A DNA stretch of 63,806 nt from Folioceros fuciformis (Eukaryota), in assembly GCA_049999805.1 (NCBI GenBank), contig JBNGIO010006112.1, positions 1 to 63,806 of the forward strand, read 5' to 3'. How positions within the stretch are numbered: the stretch's first letter is position 1; every line of letters starts with the position of its first letter. The notes under the pieces are model-generated. The model made no database searches and was not told the origin of the DNA. It saw only the letters and a list, made by a program, of their open reading frames with translations. The translations under genes and the position numbers were made by a program. Positions 10,578 to 23,850 of the stretch are shown here, in pieces.

Positions 10578-13500
10578 TCACTCCTCTTCATCTCCTCGTT
10601 CTTCCTTGAAAAGCTTGATCATGTCATCAATCCGGAGAATGGTGATGGCTGCTTCGGTAGCAAACTGGCCGCAAACATTGCTTATTGTTAACACTCGACA
10701 AGATGACAATCGGGACTACTCTCATCACATGCACAAGAGTTGAAAAGACCAAGGCGGCTAGAAGGAGATGCACCTGTATGATCTTCACTTTACTCATCAT
10801 GGGCTCGATAACGCCGGCTTCAATATTATTTCTAACAGCACCCTTCACGAGGTCCAGTCCCGTTCTGCAGTTCACAGTGCGTGGTTCACACTGGGTTAAC
10901 AGCCTGAGTGCTTTCGTACCGGCCTTGTTGTTCGCAGGCCTGGAACATAAAGTGAGGGTGTTGTTTGATACATTACCCACACAAATGATGCTTGTCAGCT
11001 TTTGTTTGTGCGTTGTGGTGGTAAGCACGCAGTCTTGCCACCAGTTCAGTAGCATCCTTTGCCGCATTCACAGCTAGTACCTGCAGCCGAAGGAACAGCA
11101 AAGTGGGTCACATCTAAAACATCCCATTTCCCTTCAAGACAGAAACGTCCTGGAAAACATTTGGCTATGTTCTTACAAACCTTTGGTATAATGAGAAGTG
11201 CCTCGGCAAATTCAGCAATGGCAAGCTGTTCTCGAGAACCCAGGGTAGTGGCCAAATTCTCAAGATAAACCGACAGAGCAGCTTCAACTGCACCGCCTCC
11301 AGCCACCACCTGCAAGCATTGAAATGAGCGTTCACATCCAGCATGCCTTTCTGCGATGACATTGAAATGTGAATCTAGTGAGACTTACCAGATTCGACTC
11401 CAATGTCCGTTTCACTATGCACACAGCATCATGGATGGAGCGCTCCATCTCATCCAGCATATGATCGTTGGCTCCCCTGAGGATAATCGAGACCTACCCA
11501 CGAGCATGCACCTGAGATAACAACAAAGTGCTCCTACCATACAGCTGCAACATGGAGATGCAGAGGAGACGAGGACTTACTGCACGCGAGCTTTTGGCCC
11601 CTTTGATTAGAAGGACATCATCATCTGCAACACGTTCCTCCACGACCTCCTCAGCTGACCCTAGGAAAGATGGATCAAATGTTTCGTCTCCCTCCATGTC
11701 CCCAAAGTTGAGAATCTGCAGGGCACGGAAAACGTTCATCACATTTTAACATCCTGAAGAAGTTCTCTCTGAAGCCACAGAATAGCTTTACCTGGGTCGC
11801 TCCAGTTGCCTTTGCAACATGCCTCAAGTCTTCTTTTTTAACCCGACGAACAGCTATGGCTCCTGCTTCCACAAAATACTGCAGATGCAACAGGGCATGG
11901 TTTATGCCATGCAACTAAGACGTCTCACACGTCTTAACACCGAAACTACCAGAGAATATGCACATACCAACCTTGAGAGCCATATCATCAATGCCCTTGG
12001 TTGTCAATATGACATTTGCACCTGCATCCAGCATTCTCTGGATGCGCTCCTTTGTAATGTCTGATTCCCTGAAAGATCCAAAAACACACCAGTAAGGATC
12101 CTGCTGGCTCAAACCGAATCTACTACTAGCAAACTTTTCAGCTCCAACCATACCTTGCTCGAATATTCTCCAGCTCACGAGGATTAGTTACAAGGACCTG
12201 CACACCCATCTGCATTTTGGTCCTTTGGAGATTCAGATCTAGGCAGGCTATCTTTGCCGACACTATGCGCTTGGGCATCTGTTGAGAAGCACGCCCTGTG
12301 TTGAGAGCATATCCGTTCAGAAGGTAACTCTCGCGTGCACTCTTTCCATGTGCCTTCAATATGTTGATAGACTGCAGGGAGACATCCAAATTCTCACCAA
12401 AGGAGCCAGCAATTGTCAACCAGCACGTAAAAGAGAAAGAAGATTCTGCAATCATGGTGAGGCCAGGCTAGATGGACATACCTTGATTGGATACTTGACT
12501 TCACCCCTGTCATTGGTTGCCTTCACAGCAAGCACTGCGTCTACAACCTGCAGATATCTTTATTTAGGTTTTCTCCGGCAATGCACCTCCTTTAAGGTAG
12601 TGTCAGACAAATACCAGTTTTGAAAAGAATTCGCTGTCTGGACCAATTATCTTGGATGACATACTGGTTTTCGCACAGTTGACCAAAGGTTCCCTCCCCA
12701 ACTTCTCAACCTGCATTAGGGATTCACGTCTGAGAGCAACATACTGTACGCTAAAAACAGAATCAAAATTTATCACACAACGGCACTTCAAAATCGTAGC
12801 AGATTGCATTCGTAGCCTTTGAGATTAGAGCATACTGGACCTTCAAGGTAAGCTTCTCTTCGATAAACTTACAGCCTTCTCGCATTGCAAGCTGTGACGC
12901 CCAGGAAATAACAATGCTCACAAGTTAATCGCAATGGTAATCGAAGACAAACGTAAGAAACTGAGACACATCAAAGACGGTGACAAAACCAACAGCAGAA
13001 AATGGGCGCCTACCCTGTACCCACTGATAATTGAAGTTGGATGAATCTTGTTCCTGACCAGATCGTTTGCTCTCTGTGATTAGACATACCGCAGTTACTA
13101 TATAGTTCAGACCTTCCAAAAACGAAGAGCTTTCTCCAGCTTTGGGATAAGAAAAGCATACCTTCAGAAGTTCAGCTGCAATAATGACGACAGATGTCGT
13201 CCCATCTCCCACCTCTCGATCTTGTAACTCGGCTAACTCAACCAAGACCTGGGCAAGTACAGTTTTGCATCATGAATAGATCCTCCAACATGTAAATGAA
13301 AAACAGCCAAAACGCCACTTACCTTAGCAGCGGGATGTTCAACTTCAAGCATTTTCAAGATAGTGGCCCCATCATTAGTGATTGTGACATCCCCAATATC
13401 ATCAACAAGCATCTGCAAGTACCCCACAAACAATCAAGCTGTGATAGTGCCACGTTCATTTCGCTTCCGAGTCAACAATCCTGCGGTACCATCTGGCATT

Positions 13501-13812
13501 TACAAGAAAAGCGCACCTTGTCCAGACCAACTGGTCCCAAGGAGCTCTTCACGATGTTGGCGATTGCTTGGCAGGCCATCACTAGATTTTTTTAAGTAAA
13601 CAAGAACGTCAATCAGGACACGAGACAATTGACTCGCTTCCACAGTCCAGGGCCACTGCCCACCAGATCATAACCAGAATCGGAACAAGACTTCACTGAA
13701 AGACGAAGTCGAGGACCACTTCACAAGAAACGAATTTGTTACCGTTCTGAGTGCGCACGTCCTGGCCAGTTTGCCGCTCTCCCATGAGCTCCAGAGACTG
13801 TCCCGTCATCAT
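10578..13812 (-). CDS. CCT1: T-complex protein 1 subunit alpha (CCT1), multi-exon
   Basis: [54 protein letters not shown] and the C-terminus [18 protein letters not shown]...EEE*. Confidence 0.95.
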
Positions 13813-14209
13813 GGCTGCAGCCTGGCTGCTCAATGGAGCAGCAGCAGTACGCTAGGTGAAGAACGCTGCTTTGGACCAAAATCCAGTGATCTCAATTCTG
13901 GCGGTCTAATGTATGGCTCTCGGGTTCAAACTTGCCAGCACGACTCTGCTTCAGGCTGGCTGGAGTCGAGTCGATCTAGCAACCCGGGCTGTGCTGGGCG
14001 GTGAATGAGCTCAACAAACCAAAATTCTGGGACCTGAATTCTGGCGGGCTACAAAGTGCTTTAGGGTTCGAACTTGGCCGCAAGACTGAGTTCCAACTTC
14101 TGGAAACCACGACAGGGTTCGAACTAAGCGAAGAAAGTCTTTTCTTGAGTGGCGTCCCGTGAGCAAATTTTTGGTATGTTTCGTGGTTAAGCTTCGCGGG
14201 CAGGAAGGG

Positions 14210-15400
14210 ATGTCGCGAAAGGCATTGGCCGCGTTCGTCAGTCGCAGTGGAGCAGGATGGCGGAGTTCGTGGAGCCCTGGCCATTCCAGACCGCAGGCCA
14301 CCGCTGCCAATGGAGCCATGGCCGCTTTCAGTAAGTGAATTCTCCCAACGAGTTCTACTGACGGTGTTCCGTTCAAGTTCGATTGCCAGTACTCTAGTCT
14401 CGTGCCGCTCGGTACTTCATCAACAGATTTGCACAACTCTGCAGATCTCGGCTGGTCTGAGTGAAATGAGCTGAATGTTTCGCCTACTAACTATTTCTCC
14501 CTATTTGCAAGGTTCCCGCACGTTTTCCGGGAACTTGGAGGTGCCGGCGTTGGCAGATCGAGACAGGGAGCCAGCCAGACTTAATGTAATCGCTTCCGAT
14601 GTATTTCTATCTGCCAATTTGTGAGTGGCGTCTGCAGAGTTGCCTTGCTGGATATGGGTCGATGTTCCAGCGTGTCTTCTTAGGTTGATCTTTTGACTCC
14701 ATACCAGAGGGGCGAGAGAGCGAAGCATATTGTTGGAGCCGCCGGTGTCTGGAAGACAGTTCTCATGACACAAGTCATGAACGACCTGTCCAGAACTCAA
14801 GGTCTGTATTCTTTTCACACAGGGGAAAGATACTGCCAGGGATACCGTAGCGTTTATAACCAACCCTGTTCTGGCCGTGCAGTGAGTTTTTCCTCACATC
14901 GGGGGACTGGTCAGCTTACTCAGGATGGGAACGCTATCTATAAAAAGATTAACGACGACAGTGATTCCTCCAAGGTTTGCAGAATATTTTCGTGTGCACA
15001 TGTCTCGTCACTTTTCAGACCAGTGGTTAACATGTTTGTTTGTGACTGACAGGGTGAGCGACAGTTTGGAACAGCAGCACCCAACATCAAAACAAATCGA
15101 CCGTTGTCGCCGCACCTGACAGTTTACGCCCCACAGAAGTCCTCCGTCACGTCCATCACAAATAGGATCACTGGGGCTCTGTTAAGCGGAATAATCCTGG
15201 GTGGTGCTTTTTTCACGAAGGTCGGTGATACTAGCCTCTCGTTTTACCCGGTGTATCAGCTGGCGTTTGCTGTGTCAAAGCTCCCTACTTGGTTGTATCT
15301 TGGCGTAGGGAATTTCGCGATTCTGGCATTGCTCTACCATGTTTTCCATTCCCTTCGTCGTGAACTGCAGCAGTGGGGTCTGTTGAAGTTTAAGGTGTAG
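14210..15400 (+). CDS. SDH3: Nuclear succinate dehydrogenase subunit 3 (SdhC) with ATP2-derived N-terminal extension; exons ~14210-14330, 14512-14585/14600, 14684-14801, 14883-14974, 15053-15400
   Basis: Last exon NRPLSPHLTVY...SSVTSITNRITG...LLYHVFHSLR is SdhC/cytochrome b560. Exon 1 is Arg/Ser/Ala-rich like a mitochondrial presequence. All GT-AG junctions are phase-compatible and give one stop-free ORF. Confidence 0.85.
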
Positions 15401-15690
15401 GTTTGTCAGTGCGCCACTTTCGAGTGGAATGGAAAACTTGGCTGTGTGTCCAAGCCCGCGCTGAGTGCTGTCGTCTCTGCCCAACTTGCTTTGTAAATAC
15501 TCACGTCGAGACAATAGCGCGCCATGGTCTACTGCTGTTTATGAATCATGCTCAATGCTAACAAATTGATGTGATAATTTGCGACGAAGGTGCCATTGTT
15601 AGATGTATTAAGTCGACATTCAAGCTTTTGATGAATGGCTAGTATTAGAAGATGGAAGAATGTACAACCAGTTGGTTATAAAATGACAAT

Positions 15691-18543
15691 TCACATCCGC
15701 CTCGTTTGCTTGGGTGGAGGCTGATAATAGCCCTGCGCCGTGCCAGGAGGCTCTCGCCGGCGAACCTGAGAAAAAAACAAAAGTGAATAACGGTGAAATC
15801 AAACTCTCCTGTTCGCAGACCACGAATGCTCATTGAAGCGGACCTGTTGTTGAGGAAGTCTGTTTCCGAAAACGTGGTTCACTCCCATGCCGGCCACACC
15901 TTGCGCGTTGACACTGAAAGCGTTGGAGTTGTGCACTCTTTGCATTCCTTGCAAGGAGTGATGAACTGAGCCAGCCGTTGCAGCAGCAGAAGCTGCAGCT
16001 GCTGAATTGGCAGCAGCCATCTGGTGATGTCATTCAAGGTTAGACTTCTACGATCGAGAACCTGCTGGCTGCTACAAGCACGGAGCAGGTGTTGAAGAGG
16101 GATACCATGCTGGGCTGTTGGTAGCTGCTTGTGCCATCAAAATCCGTGGAGTAGTCCACAGGCCGGGGGGGATAAGCCACAACTTTCTCACCTGGCTGAC
16201 CTGGAACGAGGGAACTAAAGGATACAACGTCAAGAGCTGGAACTACGACGACCGCCTGCATTTTGTGAGCAGCGTTCACACAATACAGCAATGTAAAATA
16301 CGAAGGCACGGGACTTACTTGCGACCAGGCAGTGGTTCGGTCTTGAAGTACCTGGATACGCAATTCAGCTTCCCACAATAAGCACACAACAGAAGCACCA
16401 GACAGCTTTTGATTTAAAACTACCTTCTACCTTATGCAGATTTGTTAAAGAAAGACGAGAGCACATACTCATGCTCCAATGCTTGTGCTGCGGATATTCT
16501 CTTCAGCGGATCGTATCTGTAGACATTGACACATACACGATGAGAGGCAGAGGGAGAGCATCGTAGCTCTGATCAAGGAAACTCTTGTGCGTCCTTACTC
16601 GAGCATCCTTGCAAGCAGATCATAAGCAGGGTTCTTTACTGCAGCAGTTGGTGACAGCTGCAGCACATTGTGAAGACCCGCATTTTCACTGTCCACAGAT
16701 CCAACTTGCAACATGTTAAACACTAGGGACAGAAGTGTCAGCACATTGTGAAGATCCAGATTTTCACAGTCCGCAGATCCCAGTTACGATACGTTACAAA
16801 GTGGGGACAGAACTGTCAGGTAGTGAGTGGAAGCTCGAAAGCACTTACTACTTCCGTCCTTGAATAAACTGTCGATTTGTTTGCCAGTGTGGTAGATTCA
16901 GAAGTGTTGGCCATCTGTCACCAGTTGGATGTCCTACATTTGTCAACCTGACTTGTGAGTAAACACAAATACCATCATGCCATTTTCCTGAAACTTGCCG
17001 CCCCATGCCAGGCAAGACCAAAGACTTTGTAGACTTACCCAGCACTTTGAAAATCTTCTCCAGCTGATCCAGCTGTCAGGCATAAATGGCTAGATTGGTA
17101 AGACGTCACGTAGAAATCTGCAACTCAATCTAGGTGACATTTTTAGGCCAGAAACAACCTGAAACGGATTTGGGGTACTTTTGTCTTCTATGCCTTGAAA
17201 GAGTGGCTTCAACGTGAGCAACTCCGCAAAAATGCATCCAACAGCCCAAGTGTCTGCGGATGACGGGCCGACCAAGAAATGTTCAGGTTTGTCAACACAG
17301 TGCCACTCCATGAAGCACACGCTATAAGGGTCGTACCGACAGCACTGGTGTAATGTTTGGAACCAAGAAGCAACTCAGGAGCTCTATACCATATGGTCAC
17401 AACAACCTGCGGCACGGGATATCTCACGTAGTTAGAGTGCGTCAATAAGGAATCCATGTCAGCTACAAACCCTTGACATGCCATGTGTACTAAACACTAT
17501 AAAGCCAATTGAAACTGCCTACAGCATTTTTATGACGCATGTCATGAGAGAAATTGCGATGAGACAAGAGTTTCATACCCCATTTTCGCTGAGGGGCTTG
17601 AGGGGACCTTGATATATCCGAGCAAGCCCAAAATCACCAATTTTCACAACGCCTTGTTCTTCCCCCTCACCCATCACCTGTGACCTTCGAGAGTAAGCAA
17701 CGATTACATGCACAGACACAGAAGCCCATACAAGATAACAGCTGTGATCTAGTTCCCAAGGATTTGTCTTATATCATAATTTTACCAACCAAGATATTTG
17801 ACGGCTTCAAGTCCCGATGAACAATCCAATTGCTGCACCAAAAGAAGAATGATGTGGGACCAGCACAGACACCTCACAAAAGGAGTATTCCACTCAGTAT
17901 AAGACAGCAGATAAGGCTCAACGGTAGAGCAACTGCGTCTAATAACCTGTGCAGATAATTGAGGCCATTCAGGATCTGCCAAAGCAGAGACTTTACGGTG
18001 TACTGGCTGATGGAAAAGTTCAGCTTCTCCCGATGGTGTCGGATGATTTCCTGTCGTTCAAAACTCAGGCTGATGAGGAATTCAACAATCCACGATTTCA
18101 ACAAACACAGCCCAGCCCCACTCTAGCCCCCAGCCTCAGCACTTACATAGAGGTCATGTTCTGCATAGTCAAATGCCAGGTACAAAGACATGTCCACATA
18201 ATTAATGTGGACATTCACCAGCTTCACAATGTTTTCATGGATACACTCCCTCAGCAACTGCAGCAGGTCATTTCCAAGTCAGAATCGGAAACAACACAAG
18301 AGAAGTGCAACAAGCACGAGGAGAGGAGCATGATACCATGATTTCCCGGATAGCGGTGGGGGATATGCCATCGCCCTCCTTAGACTGCTTGAACTTCTTG
18401 ATGGCAGTGCGAACAGTGTGGCCCCGGACAAGCTTGTTTTTGGCCAGATACACCAGCCCGTACGTGCCTTCGCCAATCTTGCCCACAACTTCGTATTGCA
18501 GCTGCCAGGCCGGTTTAACTCGCTTGCCATGGGTATCCACCAT
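15691..18543 (-). CDS. CDKE1: Cyclin-dependent kinase E (Mediator CDK8), multi-exon
   Basis: [11 protein letters not shown], the CDKE-diagnostic [37 protein letters not shown] and the C-terminus PPPKQTRRM*. Confidence 0.93.
16661..16819. repeat. 78-bp tandem duplication spanning a CDKE intron/exon boundary
   Basis: CAGCACATTGTGAAGA... starts at both 16661 and 16739, and the two copies align throughout. Confidence 0.8.
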
Positions 18544-19799
18544 GGCTGGTTGCCCCGCCAATCCTCACTCCATAGCGATCCGCCCGGGGCAATTGCGCAG
18601 AGTTCTAGAGAACGTGCACACTGCTACAGTTGAGAGGCGAGGAGACGGCGAGCGGGAGGAGACCACGGCGCGCTTCCCTGCAAGTGCCTACGACTCCTCT
18701 CCGGCCCTATGAGTAACCCCCTCTGCCGAATACGAAATCGCGTCGCCGTTGGATCTGAGACCAGGGCCAGCTCACAGATGCTGTGAGAGGTCTGAGTGTT
18801 ATGGTGCTGACAGTATGTCTTGATCCTCACTTTCGCATAGTACAGTCCGACCGATATCTGTGAGGAACGTGATCCAGGGCCGCCGAGACCATGCCCTTAT
18901 TTTGAAAAAAAAGGTTTCAACCCGGCACGCTTTCGTGCATCCACATGCTACTTCTCATGGCATATTGCTGGAGACGATGGATGTGTTGAGAAGGGGTGCA
19001 AATCTAGACGTTTTCACGCGGTCCGCCATCACCACAACCGATGTTAACCGCAGACGACAAAATAGGAATGCAGGCAACTACCGCATCAAACGTGTCTTGG
19101 TGGCAGGTCTGCAGCCTCGTGCCCGGGCAGCAGACCTGGAAGCTGAACCGTTTGAAAAGACACAAAACAGAGTGGGTGTGCGGCGCAGTGAGTTCTGGAC
19201 GCTGGATAGACCTCCCTGTCGCCTCGTCATGGAGAAAGAAGCACGCCAGAAAGCGGGAAAAGCCGAATAGGAAAGTGCGCCTATGCCTAACGTGGTAGGG
19301 CTGATGTAACAGCTGAAGCACAGTCTGAGTGGAGGGAATGGAGACAGTATTATAAAAATAAATAAATAATCATTCACCCCAAAAGGGAACAAAAGCGGGA
19401 AGGCACACTCGAAGGCACTAGTCTTACGAACATAGTGATGCTGATTATGAAGATGCTTTACAAGTTGCTAAAATTCTGAAATAATGAACAATCTTAACGT
19501 TAATTTGATTATAATTTAAAGATGTATAGGCAATGTTTCAGGTGAATAGAATCGTACCCTGCCTGTTAAGGTTATGACCCTAGGTCAATAGTCTTTTATT
19601 TTTTATCTTTTGACTTTTTATTTTAGTTTAAGTTTGTTTTTTTATCTTTATTTTAAAAACTTTTTTTCTTAATATGTAATATAATTATTCACTAATGAAA
19701 TAATTATTCACTTATGAGTTAATAATTATCAACATTGTCTTGAAAATCTTCACTCTATCAAAGAATTCTATATAGATTCCTCTTCCACGTATTCTAGCG

Positions 19800-20435
19800 T
19801 TCTTTCAGCAAAGGGATTCCATTGCACTACAATGCACATTGGCTAACGAGAATAACAATGGCAAAAGAGGTGGGATTAGCATAACTCTACTTGTCGATAG
19901 ACCCTTCCTCTTTCCAAATCAACAATTGTAGTTGTAGGTAAACCCTTCCTTCCTCCAAACCATGATATCTTTGGTGCTATCACCTATGACTTGGGCTGAA
20001 AAAGGCAAGCATTCATTACCCTTAGCTCTAGTAAGGCCCTAAAACCAACCCTAAACCAAATTGTTAGTTGAGTCATTGAAAGAAGCTTGAGTGGGAGAGA
20101 ACTTTTTTCTCGTGTAACATTCTTTCAGCAAGGGAATTCCATTGTACTACAATGCACATTGGCTAACAAGAATAACAATCGCAAAAGAAGTGAGTTTACG
20201 GTTTAGGGTAACTCTAGTTGTAGATAAACCCTTCCACCTTCCAAATCAACAACTCTAGTTGTAGATAAACCCTTTATCCCTCCAAACCATGATATCTTTG
20301 GTACTATCACCTATGACTTGGGCTGATAAAAGCAAGCATATGTTACTCTTAGCTCTAGTAAGGCCCTAAAACCAACCATAAACCAAATTGTTAGTTGAGT
20401 CATCGAAAGAAGTTGAGTGGGAGAGAAGTTTTTTC
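19800..20435. repeat. ~320-bp direct tandem duplication with internal sub-repeats
   Basis: TTCTTTCAGCAA...CATTGGCTAAC...GAGTGGGAGAGAA occurs at ~19800-20107 and ~20120-20434. Each copy holds two TTGTAGATAAACCCTT-like units. Confidence 0.85.
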
Positions 20436-20439
20436 AGCG

Positions 20440-23400
20440 ATCTTAATCAACCTCAGTTGCAACCTACACATATTTTCTATAACAACGTATTACCTTTAGA
20501 ATTAGTGGTGAACCCCAAGTTCCATGCTAGCTCAAAACACATTAAAGTTTAGCACCATTACATGAGAAATGTTGTTGATAGGGGTGTAACTAAGTACACA
20601 CTCAAAGCATCCATAACAACATTGTTCACATACCAATCAAGGGGCTGCTTGCTGCTGTTTTAAAAACTATGTTGGCCAATGCTCTTTGCAAAACAATGTA
20701 TACACCTTGTCAAAAGAAGGCCACTACACAGGAAAGAGATGTCATGAGAGATAACGGCAAGGAAAGTGTCTTGGGTCTTTGGGGCACTGAGATTGCTAAA
20801 GACTCTCATGGTTGGGACACTTGGGACTAATTCAGTTGAGGTTGGCTTGGCTGCCACCCTATAGAGGCATGTCGTGAGAGCTCAAAGTATTCAAGGCGCC
20901 AAGAGTGTTAGCCACCTACACATATGGGCTCGCCGGGATTGGGACATTCCTATGAGTCCCCCAATCACACACACATTCATATAGGTCTAATATTTCCAAG
21001 CTTGAACCACATACATAAGTGCTGGAAGCTGCACGAGCATGAATAGCACATTGCAAATCATCACAACACAAAGTTGCCTCATTAGTAGCGGATTTCAAAA
21101 GCATGAAATTAGCAAACTCAACGAAAACCAAATCAATGGATGCAACAACATGAATATGATGATTTGATCCACATTGCAGATTGCAGATTGCATGTTGCTA
21201 AAAAACGTGAAGAGTTAGTAGTGGAACATTACATCTATTTCCATGACACCCCAAAACTTCTTAGTGGCTTCAGCAGCTATGAGCATGCATGTCCCCTCTT
21301 GCAGCTTCTACATCCTTTGGAAGGCCATTTGAACTGTCCCCTCCTTCTTCCTCACAAAATTTGTGAGTTTGTAGATCTTCTTCGGAGTCTTAAGCAAGAA
21401 CGCCTTCTCCAAAATTGTGAGGAACTCATCCATAGGGTTGGCGTACTTTAGAGTCTGAGTGTACTCTTCGATTCCTTGTGTAGCAGTTGTTCTTTCAGTT
21501 GAAGTCAGTACCACCACCATCAGCGGTACTACCATGGCAGGCGTGGTCCCTTCTACAACTTTAGTTTGATGCGCTTGTATGGCTGCTGCGAGCTTGCCAT
21601 TGTAGGCCAACTACAAGGCATTCTAAAACGTTGGGTTGAGAGTGGTCACTATGGAAAGAAGCTTTGCTTGATGGAGGTTAAACAAATCCTCAGCTTTGTT
21701 TGACATAATTAGACATATGCCCAAACATGCAATAGTAATTGTGGCTGGCCCCATGCTTGAACTACATCCAATTGATCAGGCCCTGTATGAACAACCTGAA
21801 ATCACGCAAGGATTGTGTGCCAGGCCTGCCTGCAAAGGAGCCTTGTTGATGTGATAGCCCTCCCTCTACGGTGTCTTAGTCTCCAAGCGAATCCGGAGGG
21901 CTTGGTCCTAGATGAAACACCACACCACGAGGGATTGCCGAAGATGGTTAAGACTACTATGCTTCTATCCCGGATTGGGGTTGAGGCGTCCTTGTCCTTG
22001 AAACGGGCTATTGTGCTGTTGTCCTCGGATAGGACCTATTGCAGTGCCTTGGACTCTGAATTACTTACCATAGCTTGTGCAGTGATGTCTATTAAGGGGG
22101 ACCAGTTGGCTGTAGGCCTCATAGTCAATGGTGGAGTACCTAGCTTCCAAGTCCTCCAACAACCGCTGTTGACGTCTGTTCGCCCACCTTTGCCTTGTTT
22201 GTGCACAGTCAGAGATGACCTTGCTTGGAATGGCCCTTGTTTGGAGATTGTACCGAGGGCTTGTATCTCCCACCTCAGGGTCCATCATCCATGCAACATG
22301 CTTAGCCAAAGGTCAATCCTTCAAACAAGTTTAAGGAAATTGAACAAAGCAAGTGTAAAAATTAGTCCCAACTAGGGGACAATCACATAGTGTATTCTAA
22401 GTAAGGGTTAAGCTACATGTAATATAGGCCCTGGTCTAGGTTGCTAGTGTAACTAGCTTAGCCAGCAACATACACCTACTACTATCAATCGAAACATACA
22501 AACACAACTGCAAAATAAGTCTGTGGAAAAATCAAATCCAAGGTGTATCCCTGCTCATTATTTGCTACAGACTTGAAAAAGAACCTCAACTCTTGTGTTG
22601 CAAAAGAAGGGGTGTTGGTTGTAACCAGCCTACATTCCTTGATTGAAATGTAAACAAGCAAATCCTCAAATGCAATCAGTCCCTGGAAATGACTCTAAAT
22701 CAATCGCAAAGCATAGCAATAGCCTTGTCTTGCCAAGGCAAACATTTTTGTATGCAGTTTATAGGCAATTGACAGTATCGCAGGCACTATGTGCTTAAGA
22801 AGGATGGAGTTGCCTTAAAAATTGTTGGGTCAACACTATTGTAACTACAATGCTGCTAGCAACTCTTGGTGAGATTAGGGCGTGTTGGTGATGTTGCCTT
22901 GCTGTAATTGCGTGGCCACTTCCACCAAGCTTAGTTGCCCTCAGATCTCGTAAGCCAAGCACCAAATTGAAAAAAAGTTGTTGAAGTGATGATTTGAGCC
23001 ACATTGCAGATTGCATGATGCTAAAAAAATGTGAGGGGCCAAGTAGTTTGTCTAGCTAGGAGCTAGAAATCACGCATTCAGGTTGCGCCCATCAATCCCC
23101 ACACCCTCAAACACTCAAATTACAAAATTCCATTCAATTTTGACAATGTTCTTAAAAGGATTGTAGGAGGACTCTCTTAGACATGACGCTGCTAGGGTGC
23201 ATCTTCAACAACTGCTGTTCTCTGCCCTATCCCTCCTCTTAGTCTCACAAGCAACACCATCTCCTCCAAAGTGAAATCCGCCAATCAACCTATGAAACAA
23301 CTAATATAAGCTATTCTAAAACTAGACTTGTAGAAAGAGACTTAAGAACTTGAACTAGCAAAACCTTAGCCAGCTAGTGGTTGAGAGACTAAGTGCTAGC

Positions 23401-23850
23401 AGCCAAAACTTAGGTTGCCACAAAGGCACTCCTGGGACGCTGAAACTGGGAGAGTCCCATAGTGTCGAGACTCTGGGACTGTTGAGATTCCCCTTCATTC
23501 TAGAGTCTTCTCCTCTCCATAGCCGATGCTTTCATGACAGAGGGAAGAACACCATTCCTATTACTTTGATAAACCTGTGCGCATTTCTTGATAAACCTTG
23601 AAAAGTCCTTGCCCATAGCCCATGAGTCTCAATAGCAAGGGTGATAAAAATATATGCCTGTCTTGTAGGGAAAATACGTAGAGAATGCTTACACAATCTT
23701 CCGCCGCCCATCTAGGAGATTGAAACCCACCTACCTCTTGAAGAAAAGCAACAATCTACCACAAGGTGAGGAATAAAACTTATAACCCAAAGTAGCCACT
23801 TATGTAACAAAAACTAAAAATTTCTTTCATTCAAGGGAGAGAGAAACTCT
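20440..23850 (-). mobile_element. Degraded retrotransposon-like tract including a putative gag remnant (~21240-21610)
   Basis: Gene-free, AT-richer tract. The minus-strand peptide MDEFLTILEKAFLLKTPKKIYKLTNFVRKKEGTVQMAFQRM* resembles retrotransposon gag, and a ~50-bp segment is repeated at ~21160 and ~22990. No intact RT or integrase is visible. Confidence 0.4.

Noticed and set aside
14684-14974. Functional stand-alone ATP synthase beta gene
   Set aside because: Walker A and the GERTRE catalytic motif are degenerate, most of the protein is absent, and the exons splice in frame into SDH3.
16210-16226. U12-type GTATCCTT donor in CDKE
   Set aside because: It lies at the 3' end of an ordinary GT-AG intron (…GTATCCTTTAG|), and the frame is preserved with the normal acceptor.
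18860-19320. ORFs upstream of CDKE
   Set aside because: Short overlapping ORFs on both strands with no recognisable motif or splice pattern.
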